DNA of 25,706 bases from Promethearchaeota archaeon (GTDB lineage: Archaea > Asgardarchaeota > Lokiarchaeia > Sigyniarchaeales > SOKP01). Positions 18,104-25,706 of the stretch are shown piece after piece. The notes under the pieces are model-generated. The model saw only the letters and a program-made list of their open reading frames with translations. It searched no databases and had not been told where the DNA came from. Where the stretch lies: contig RDOE01000049.1 in NCBI GenBank assembly GCA_011364975.1, forward strand, positions 1 through 25,706. The letters run 5' to 3'. Made by a program: the position numbers and the translations under genes. Position 1 is the first letter of the stretch. Each line of letters begins with the position of its first letter.

Positions 18104-19276
18104 ATGGTTGATATTAAAAATGTTGTAGTTGTTGGAGCTGGTCAAATGGGCCATGGAATAGCACAAATGGCCCTAATGGCTAATTATAAGGTCACCCTTG
18201 TGGATATCAAGGATGAGTTTATCAACAATGGATATACAAAAATTAAAGAAGGTATGGAAAAGTTAGAAGCAAAAGGGAGCTTACCGGGGGGTAAATCAAC
18301 ATCAGATTTTATGGCGAATTGTAAAAAAACGACTGATTTAGCTTCGGCAGTAAAGGATGCAGATATTATGATTGAAGCGGTTATTGAAAAAATGGATGTT
18401 AAAAAACAAGTATTTAATACTTGTGGACAAAATGCTCCTGAACACTGCATTCTCGCTTCAAATACGTCTACTATGAGTATTACAGATATCGGAAAAGACT
18501 CAGGCAGACCTGATAAATGTATAGGAATGCATTTTTTCAATCCGGTTCCTTTAATGCGGTTAATCGAAGTAATATATAGTTCTAATTCATCAGACAACAG
18601 CGTCGAAAAAGGCATCAAATTCGCTGAAAGTATTCCTTGTCTTAGAGGAAAACGTTACATTGCGAAAGTATTGAAGGATAGGCCTGGTTTCATTTGTAAT
18701 CGTATTACAGCGCCGGTTCAAATATACCAGAATTATGTTTTTGATCAATGTCTTGAAGAAGGAAAATCCTGGGATCAATTGGATAATGACTCTGCAGGTG
18801 GTGCTATGAGTATGACGGTATTAGCAGATTTTGTAGGAATCGATGTTTTATATCATGGTCAAATGTATTATTCTCAAACACTCTCCCCAGATTTCAAGCC
18901 TGGAAAAGTCATAACCCAACTTTATAATGAAGGTAACTTAGGTGCAAAAACAGGTCAAGGATTTCGCGATTGGTCTAAAGGAAGACCTGAGCCTGATAAA
19001 AGCGCAGGTAAAGCAAGAATATATAAAATGAAATATCCGATTGCAATAATGTTGAATGAAGCATGTAGAGTCTTAGAAGAGGGGATTACCACTAGTTGGC
19101 AGATTATTGATAATACGTTAATGGCAGGTATGAACATGCCAGGTCCAATGGCAGCAAATGTAAAAAATTCGGATAAACAAGTTGAAGTATTAAACGAACT
19201 AGTCGAATTGACCGGAAAACAATATTTAAAACCTTGCGAATTATTGAAATCTGGTAAATGGGTCGACATGAAATAA
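18104..19276 (+). CDS. 3-hydroxyacyl-CoA dehydrogenase, tandem paralogue
   Basis: GAGQMGHGI, IEAVIE, ASNTST, GMHFFNP, PGFICNR, GAKTGQGF; colinear with the upstream gene over its full length. Confidence 0.95.
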   Translation: MVDIKNVVVVGAGQMGHGIAQMALMANYKVTLVDIKDEFINNGYTKIKEGMEKLEAKGSLPGGKSTSDFMANCKKTTDLASAVKDADIMIEAVIEKMDVKKQVFNTCGQNAPEHCILASNTSTMSITDIGKDSGRPDKCIGMHFFNPVPLMRLIEVIYSSNSSDNSVEKGIKFAESIPCLRGKRYIAKVLKDRPGFICNRITAPVQIYQNYVFDQCLEEGKSWDQLDNDSAGGAMSMTVLADFVGIDVLYHGQMYYSQTLSPDFKPGKVITQLYNEGNLGAKTGQGFRDWSKGRPEPDKSAGKARIYKMKYPIAIMLNEACRVLEEGITTSWQIIDNTLMAGMNMPGPMAANVKNSDKQVEVLNELVELTGKQYLKPCELLKSGKWVDMK

Positions 19277-19293
19277 TAACATTATGATCAATA

Positions 19294-19315
19294 TTTTTCT
19301 TTTTTTTCCTTTTTT
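19294..19315 (+). terminator. Oligo(T) tract, probable terminator
   Basis: T5-C-T8-CC-T6 about 18 nt after the stop codon. Confidence 0.5.
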
Positions 19316-19462
19316 CAATCATTTCTAAAGTTCTGAAAAGATAAAGAGGCTTAATTTAATTTGAAAATTTTTAATTATACTAAATATAATACTAATTATC
19401 TCTAAAATAAAATCAATAAGAAACTAAAAATTCAAAAAAGAAATGAATTAGAGGGAAATAAA

Positions 19463-20293
19463 ATGTCTGAAAAGAAGTTTAAAGATGTTGAAGTAGAAAA
19501 AGTGGAAGATGGCAATTATGCAGTCATATCTATAAATAGACCTGATAAGTTGAATGCTCTAACAACCGATACTTTAAGAGAAATTTACGAAGCTATGGAA
19601 CAATTTGAGGTTGATAGTAGCGTACGATGTATTGTTCTCCGTGGAACTAAGAATGTTACTAAGAAACCCGCTTTCTCTGCTGGTGCTGATTTAGCAGCAG
19701 GTATGGGAAAAGGTTTAAAACCTAACATTCCATCACACATGGCAATAGGTATGCAACAAAAGCACAAATATTATACGTTAATTGAACAATTTATAAAACC
19801 GGTAATTGCAGCAGTAGATGGATTTGCTTTAGGTGGTGGATGTGAATTAACTTTAGTATGTGATATTGTGATAGCAACAAGAAGGTCCTCATTCGGATTT
19901 CCTGAAATAGCAAGAGGTATCTTTCCGGCAAACGGTGGGACCCAAAGAATGGCTCGCCGTGTTGGTGTAGCAAGAGCTTTGAAAATGTGCCTTTTTGGTC
20001 AACCAGAATCTGCGGAAACTATGCATAATTGGGGTTATGTAAGCTTTTTATGTAATGAAGGAGAGGAGTTTGAAAAATTAATTCATGAAAAGGCATCTTG
20101 GTTAGGAAATGCTGCCACTACGAGCTTGTATGTTATCAAAAAAGCGGTAAAATTTGGAACCCAAATCCCTATTGAAATAGGAAATATTTTTGAAATGTTA
20201 GGATTTGGTGTTAATGCAGGGTCTAAAGATGTTAATGAAGGTATAATGGCCTTCTTACAAAAACGAGAACCCAAATTTACCGGTGGAATGTAA
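19463..20293 (+). CDS. Enoyl-CoA hydratase/isomerase (crotonase)
   Basis: INRPDKLNAL, AFSAGADL, KPVIAAVDGFALGGGCEL, FGFPE (both catalytic Glu present), AFLQKREPKF. Confidence 0.95.
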   Translation: MSEKKFKDVEVEKVEDGNYAVISINRPDKLNALTTDTLREIYEAMEQFEVDSSVRCIVLRGTKNVTKKPAFSAGADLAAGMGKGLKPNIPSHMAIGMQQKHKYYTLIEQFIKPVIAAVDGFALGGGCELTLVCDIVIATRRSSFGFPEIARGIFPANGGTQRMARRVGVARALKMCLFGQPESAETMHNWGYVSFLCNEGEEFEKLIHEKASWLGNAATTSLYVIKKAVKFGTQIPIEIGNIFEMLGFGVNAGSKDVNEGIMAFLQKREPKFTGGM

Positions 20294-20317
20294 AAAAAAA
20301 TAATTTTTATTTTTTTT
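20292..20317. terminator. A/T inverted repeat with T tract after the enoyl-CoA hydratase gene
   Basis: A9-TAA-TTT-TTA-T8, self-complementary, overlapping the stop codon. Confidence 0.35.
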
Positions 20318-20386
20318 ATTCTTATTAGATTAAATTTATTAAAGTTAGAATATAAAATTACAGCAATTAGTCCTTTTCTGTGGATC

Positions 20387-20938
20387 ATGTTTGATGAAAT
20401 TGAAATTGTCAATGAAATAAATGAAGGAGATCTTTTTTTAAGAAAAATTTCTAAAAATGATGTACACTTTTTTTATGAAAGCCTTAAAGTAAGAGAGATG
20501 GTAGGATATTTATCCCTAGGCCCTTTAAGATCATTAGAACATGCGAGAAGATTGATTAAAAATTATTTAAAAGCTTGGGATAAATACCAACAATTTAATT
20601 ATATAATCGAATTATATCAACATAGAAATCCTGAAAAAATAGGTTCTGTAAGTTTATGGAACGTAAGTTGGTTGCATAGTCGTTCGGGGCTAGGGATTTG
20701 GCTATTACCCGAATATTGGAATAGAGGTATTGGAAAGACGGTTCTAAAACTCATTAAAAATATCGCATTCATCCATTTGAAGCTACATAGAATTGAAGCT
20801 CATGTCGCTGTTGAAAATCTTAGGTCTATAAAATTATTTTCAAATTCTAATTTTAAAAATGAAGGTAGACTAAGCGAATACCTCAATATTAACGATAAAT
20901 TTCAAGATGCTTACATTTTTGCCTGCCTAAGTAGTTAA
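20387..20938 (+). CDS. GNAT acetyltransferase, RimJ/RimL type
   Basis: LGIWLLPEYWNRGIG acetyl-CoA motif, LHRIEA, ENLRSIKLF, FKNEG. Confidence 0.9.
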   Translation: MFDEIEIVNEINEGDLFLRKISKNDVHFFYESLKVREMVGYLSLGPLRSLEHARRLIKNYLKAWDKYQQFNYIIELYQHRNPEKIGSVSLWNVSWLHSRSGLGIWLLPEYWNRGIGKTVLKLIKNIAFIHLKLHRIEAHVAVENLRSIKLFSNSNFKNEGRLSEYLNINDKFQDAYIFACLSS

Positions 20939-21381
20939 AACGCTTCAGGATTCAAAAGGGAAGGTTTTGTATCCCCCTTAGAATTTATTAAAGAATCAAG
21001 TTCTTCTGAAAAGGATTTGAATGGAGTAATATTTCCCTTAAATGTCTTTAATTCAGTGTTATACCGAGCCACAAATTTTTCCAGGATAATAGATGCACAA
21101 TTATCAGTTGCAGTCTTCTTACTTCTATTTTCATCTGTTTCTGCATCACATTTTAGAATTAGATGGAGATTAGAGGGAGTATGGGTATAAAAATAAAATA
21201 CACTTTTGTCCATTTTTAAGGAATTTAAGCTTTCTTTAAATCCATATTTAGTAAACCGGCAGATTTGATCAAAATAACTCGCAATTAATTGATAATTATA
21301 TTTATCAATAGGGCTAATACCGATGCTATAATGAAAAATTGGGATTCCTTTATCATTAAGAATCATGATTTCTTGTATCAA
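20935..21381 (-). CDS. Stand-alone longin-like domain protein
   Basis: MIQEIMILNDKGIPIFHY...LIASYFDQI...FVARY...FKGNITPFKSF parallels the N-terminal domain of the 2120..3004 protein (MIQYINLL...FIEKY...WSGNRAIFTEF). Confidence 0.75.
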   Translation of the reverse strand: MIQEIMILNDKGIPIFHYSIGISPIDKYNYQLIASYFDQICRFTKYGFKESLNSLKMDKSVFYFYTHTPSNLHLILKCDAETDENRSKKTATDNCASIILEKFVARYNTELKTFKGNITPFKSFSEELDSLINSKGDTKPSLLNPEAF

Positions 21382-21526
21382 TGTTCATCGAAAAATTCTA
21401 TTAATTGATAAATATTTAATACCTTCCCTTATGATCCATATCTTTCTTAAAATTAATTAAAGTGGTTATTAACCCCAAAATAAAGTATAGCTACTTCATA
21501 ATTTGGGAAAAAAGATTCATATAAAA

Positions 21527-22648
21527 TTAGATTATATTTCTTAATTGGATTACAATTTCTTCAAATTTTTCCAAAGCATTTGGATAATCTCCCTTTTTCA
21601 AGGCTCGAACAGCCTTAATATTTAATACTTTCACATAATCCTTAACTTCCTGTCCCGCTCTTATTCTTTTTATTTTATTCTCGATTTCTTCAATATATTT
21701 TGTATATCTTTCTAAATGTTGTGATTTTCCAATAAATCGTGAGATTTTAATAATTTGGTTTATATTATTAATAGCTATTTGAAATAGATTGTTCGATACA
21801 TTATCATTAACTTTCTTTTCTAGTTCAATTAATTCAAGTTCTAATTTTTTGTATTTAGCTTCGGCATCTAACACATTTTTTAACTTGTTTTCTAATACGG
21901 TTAAGTGGTCAAAAAAATCTTTTAACTTCACTGTTTCTATTAAATTCTTCAATAATATTTTTGCTGGCTCAAATTGATATTTATCCGTTAATTCTGACAC
22001 ACTCTTCAAGGCACCTTCTATTTGATTGCCGATATCAATCTGATTTTTAAGTGCAATAAACATTGCTTCAGAAGTTTCCCACCTTTTCAATAACTCCTCA
22101 TTTTTTAGATTTCTTAAAAGGGGCTTAGCTTTGTCTAATACATTCTTCGCTAAAACCAAATTATTAGTACTTAAATAACTATTTAATTGAATTTCTAACG
22201 GTTCAAGTTGTTTTTTCAAGCTTGATTCTTTAATATTATATTCATTCCAATTGCTTTCATCAGTTTGAATAAACTGTTGAACAACATCTATTTCCTGTAG
22301 CTTAATATGTTTTTCCAGTTTTTCTCTAAAGCCAATAACTAATTGATGTGCATCCTGAAGTTTCTCATCTCTAATTAGTGCCTCATATTTTTGTTTGATA
22401 GTTTCAAACTCATCCATTATTATGGATAAACGATCCTCTTCTTTGATTTTTTTATAAATTTCTCCTATAAAATCACTTTCTTCTCTCGCTACCGAATACA
22501 GCTTTGCCTTTTCCGCAATATCAATTATTTTTTCTGAAACTTTAATAGCCTCATCAAATTTTCCCATAAGATAATGATTATTTGCAATTACTTTTAATTC
22601 ATCTATTTCTGATAAAATCAACAGTTTTTTTGTATTATCTTGTTCCAT
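21527..22648 (-). CDS. All-alpha helical-repeat (TPR-like/coiled-coil) protein, paralogous to the C-terminal part of the neighbouring gelsolin-domain protein
   Basis: LSEIDELKVIA...FDEAIK...DAHQLV aligns with LSEINKLKEKA...FENVIK...EAHKMV; both proteins end LNxxA...KG[DN]xxxALxxFExI. Confidence 0.8.
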   Translation of the reverse strand: MEQDNTKKLLILSEIDELKVIANNHYLMGKFDEAIKVSEKIIDIAEKAKLYSVAREESDFIGEIYKKIKEEDRLSIIMDEFETIKQKYEALIRDEKLQDAHQLVIGFREKLEKHIKLQEIDVVQQFIQTDESNWNEYNIKESSLKKQLEPLEIQLNSYLSTNNLVLAKNVLDKAKPLLRNLKNEELLKRWETSEAMFIALKNQIDIGNQIEGALKSVSELTDKYQFEPAKILLKNLIETVKLKDFFDHLTVLENKLKNVLDAEAKYKKLELELIELEKKVNDNVSNNLFQIAINNINQIIKISRFIGKSQHLERYTKYIEEIENKIKRIRAGQEVKDYVKVLNIKAVRALKKGDYPNALEKFEEIVIQLRNII

Positions 22649-22674
22649 CTTTTTAATTATACCTCTTTTATTCT

Positions 22675-23718
22675 CTAATAAAAATTTTTTAACTCTTTAA
22701 TAATAACTTCAAAACGTTTTAACGCATCCTCTAAATTACCTTTATCAATTTGTTCAATTGCGGCATTATTTAGGTGAAAAATTTCTTCCAATTTTTCTTC
22801 TTGAAGTTTTAATAATTTCTCCTCATTTTTTATCCACTTGGATATTACATTTTCATCAATTATTTTTATTGTTTCCTTCTTAGCACTAGATAATAGATTT
22901 TTAGCATCATAAAGATTTCTCTCAATTAATGCTTTATTAAATTGCCTTTCTACATCATCTAGATTTTCTTTTATTTCCTTTTCTTTAACTTTTAAAGAAT
23001 AGATCATATTTTCATCTTTTAGGAGTAATTGTTGCGCTTTAGGAATTGACGACAAATTATATTGCGCCTCAAATTTTAGTTTAAAATCCTTAACCATTTT
23101 ATGAGCTTCTTGATGGTATTCCATTTTAATTAATTGGTTGAATTCATCGAGAACTTTTTTAGCTTCAGATTCTATTTGGGAGATTAGCTCTGATTTTGTG
23201 GATCTTGAGCTTGCTTCTTCTATTAAATCAATTTGATCTTGCTCTAGAGTATTATCATTAATTTGTTCAGCAATTTCTTTTATTCTTTCAGCAAATTTGA
23301 TCACATTTTCAAAATTCTCGGAAATAAAAGCATTATCCGCTTTCTCTTTCAATTTATTTATCTCGGAGAGTGAAGGTAATAAATTAGTCTCAAGTTTAGC
23401 TATTCGTCGACTTAACTCTTTATTAGTAATTTGTAATAATTCTAAGAAATCAGCTGTTTCGAAACCAGATTCAACAGTGATTGTTCGTAGAATTATCAAA
23501 TTGGGTTCATAATCCGCTAGTATTTCACGCACTTTTGGTATATGATTTTTAAGGTTTTGAGATGCTTTTTTTCCAATCCAAATATATATCCTTTTCTGAC
23601 TCGGAAGATAAAATAGCAAAACGTCAAATAACGTAAAATTATTGAGTAAATTATCATTTGGGAGTCTTTTTGCTTTTCCGGAATATGTTAATTTATAAAT
23701 TTTTATACCTGAATTCAT
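22675..23718 (-). CDS. Single gelsolin-like domain fused to a helical-repeat region
   Basis: FDVLLF...RIYIWIGKKAS...TVESGFETADFLELL matches the gelsolin-repeat pattern (xYxWxGxxAS...xxGxExxxF) in the first ~100 aa. Confidence 0.8.
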   Translation of the reverse strand: MNSGIKIYKLTYSGKAKRLPNDNLLNNFTLFDVLLFYLPSQKRIYIWIGKKASQNLKNHIPKVREILADYEPNLIILRTITVESGFETADFLELLQITNKELSRRIAKLETNLLPSLSEINKLKEKADNAFISENFENVIKFAERIKEIAEQINDNTLEQDQIDLIEEASSRSTKSELISQIESEAKKVLDEFNQLIKMEYHQEAHKMVKDFKLKFEAQYNLSSIPKAQQLLLKDENMIYSLKVKEKEIKENLDDVERQFNKALIERNLYDAKNLLSSAKKETIKIIDENVISKWIKNEEKLLKLQEEKLEEIFHLNNAAIEQIDKGNLEDALKRFEVIIKELKNFY

Positions 23719-24045
23719 AAAGATATGTTATTTTTTCTAATTTTTATTTTCTAATTAAATAATATTTTTAATTGCGGTTCAAAAATTTTATTGTATATGA
23801 ATAAATAATTGATTAGTATTAAAAATTAATTTAAATCGGAATATGGTTAAGTTATAATCTATTTGGGAGTAGTTTTCAGTAATTATTTTGTAATCTTAAA
23901 GTTTTTAGCTTCACTTTTTTGGCTATGACTTATTTAATAAAATTAACTATTTGATATTATTCAAATTTCTAAAATGAATATTGTTTCACGCTATTAGATG
24001 ATTAAACTAAAAGAATAAAAAATAAGAATAAATGTTTTATTCAGA

Positions 24046-25704
24046 TTATTTTTTTACCAAAATCTTCTCTGTAGTTCCGGATGGTTCGGAAGCTTTAATA
24101 CGTACACCTTTTGATGCTTTATCTAATTCTGATTTATATGTCCCCTCAAACGCTTTATTCCGACTAATAATACTTACGCTTGGAGCTTTTGTTCGTCTTA
24201 ATGTTTTACTATATTTACGAACTTTTCTTACAGGTTTTGGATACTTTAAGATCTTTTGATATAAAATTAAGTATGTGACCAATGCCGCTGCAGCAATGGC
24301 GCCTATAATGGCTAAGGCTTGAAAAAGATATAACTCTTCTGGAGGTCTGATGACACTTATGACTATCTCATAGCTCTCGAAATCATAATTATCCCCTTTA
24401 TAAGCAGTTATTATTAATGAATAACTTCCTTCTGGAATGTTCGTCAAAGTTACCGTATAAATACCATCATTATTACTATCACTAAGAGATCCATCCCCAA
24501 AAACCCATCTATAATTTACTTCAGCGCCTTTAATTGTTCCTCCAAAATCTAAATCATCCAAGACTATATTTAAGGTAATACTTTCACCAGGTTTTATTAC
24601 AAACGTGGATTCTTTCGATAAAGTTGTTATGTTAGTACTTATTCTTTTCACACTTAAGTACATTTTCTGAATAATGAATAATTCAAAATTTGCTCTTTCA
24701 GCAATTATGGTAAAAATACTTAGACCTACTCCCAATTGTGATGTGTTTATTGTCATAGAATATTGAGTATATACAAGATTCTCGGTCAAGAATCCCGTAA
24801 GGTCTCCGCTTAGTTGAACTGTTGCCCCATCAATAGGGATACCCGTTCGATTATCGTAGTAATTAAGTGTTACATTCAAAAAACTACCAATCGTTAGTTC
24901 GATATACGGATCACTTGTTTTTAGAGCTCCGTTTAGAAACAAAATCCCATCTGATTGTCTTTCAACAACTTGTATGAAAAATTCTATTAGTGCAGTTTGA
25001 AAATTAGGTAATTGAGCCCGGATCATTATTCGATTTAAGGTACTACTTAAATCAAGAATATTTATAGTTATATTATAATGCTCGTTTAAAGCATCCTCAG
25101 TTAATACCGCACCTCCGATTAAATCAACTGTTGCTCCACTTAGAAAGTTCGTTGTGATTGCATCTAGGTATTTAACTGTTATATTCAATTTATCTGTTAC
25201 TTCTAGTTGTATAGTCTGACCATTAAGATATTGAGTTCCATTAAGATATAATAATAATTGCGTATTCTTTTCATTTATGATAAGGGTTATCAATTCCGAT
25301 GATAAAGTGTAATTAGTCTGTTTGGCTGAAATAGTTAAAAATTTAACTCCTGCTCCTAAATCTTCTGCCAATATAGAAATATTATATTGATCTAAAACTG
25401 GATGTTTAGTTAAATTTTGAGGGACGCCAGATTCAATTAGTCTGACATTAGCTAAATCAATAAATGAATCTGTACCTAAATCCTTATAAAGAACAGTTAT
25501 ATTCAATTCTTCTCCAATAGCTATAGTATAAAAGTCAAAAGTAGACGACAGAGTACCGTTTAGATAAACGTCAATAAACGCATCTCTTTCAATAACTGAT
25601 ATAGATATTATGCGCGTAGCTAAAGTATAGTTCTCCTTCGTAGCTGAAATAGTCAGGAAATTAACTCCAAGCTTAAGGATTTCAGTATCTATAACTAAAG
25701 AATA
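24046..25704 (-). CDS. Large cell-surface glycoprotein with ~100-aa Ig-like repeats, C-terminal TM helix and basic tail (5'-partial)
   Basis: The frame stays open from 25506 to the window edge (YSLVIDTEILKLGVNFLTISATKENY...). Repeated unit LNG...LNITVxYxD...GATVxL...YxITI...LGxG...A...N[YF]; many NxS/T sequons; TM at about 24259-24334. Confidence 0.9.
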   Translation of the reverse strand, partial: YSLVIDTEILKLGVNFLTISATKENYTLATRIISISVIERDAFIDVYLNGTLSSTFDFYTIAIGEELNITVLYKDLGTDSFIDLANVRLIESGVPQNLTKHPVLDQYNISILAEDLGAGVKFLTISAKQTNYTLSSELITLIINEKNTQLLLYLNGTQYLNGQTIQLEVTDKLNITVKYLDAITTNFLSGATVDLIGGAVLTEDALNEHYNITINILDLSSTLNRIMIRAQLPNFQTALIEFFIQVVERQSDGILFLNGALKTSDPYIELTIGSFLNVTLNYYDNRTGIPIDGATVQLSGDLTGFLTENLVYTQYSMTINTSQLGVGLSIFTIIAERANFELFIIQKMYLSVKRISTNITTLSKESTFVIKPGESITLNIVLDDLDFGGTIKGAEVNYRWVFGDGSLSDSNNDGIYTVTLTNIPEGSYSLIITAYKGDNYDFESYEIVISVIRPPEELYLFQALAIIGAIAAAALVTYLILYQKILKYPKPVRKVRKYSKTLRRTKAPSVSIISRNKAFEGTYKSELDKASKGVRIKASEPSGTTEKILVKK

Positions 25705-25706
25705 TT

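Noticed and set aside
16714-20412. Several antisense ORFs (60-169 aa) over the dehydrogenase and hydratase genes
   Set aside because: Shadow ORFs of strongly supported sense genes; no motifs.
21789-24259. Plus-strand ORFs 21789..21977, 23297..23512 and 24032..24259 (also 8224..8502)
   Set aside because: Antisense shadows of longer supported genes.

Overview
AT-rich archaeal chromosomal segment that looks like Asgard archaea, probably Lokiarchaeia (inferred from eukaryotic-signature genes: a Rab-like small GTPase, a longin-small GTPase fusion, a stand-alone longin, a gelsolin-domain protein and a V4R-like protein). Housekeeping and metabolic genes include a phosphohexomutase, acyl-CoA dehydrogenase, two 3-hydroxyacyl-CoA dehydrogenases, enoyl-CoA hydratase, NadB, an AroA'-type aldolase, a short XPF nuclease, two intramembrane proteases, two LMW phosphatases and the 3' part of a large Ig-like-repeat surface protein. 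The top observation is at nt 13-42. A 30-nt GC-rich insert carrying an in-frame TAA splits the Rab-like GTPase right after the switch-II Gln. With its flanks it folds into a bulge-helix-bulge (BHB) motif, and the predicted cut sites restore the canonical Rab-like spacing exactly. It is a candidate tRNA-type intron in a protein-coding mRNA. Only 12 nt of the upstream exon are visible. No rRNA, tRNA, CRISPR array or intact transposase was seen.
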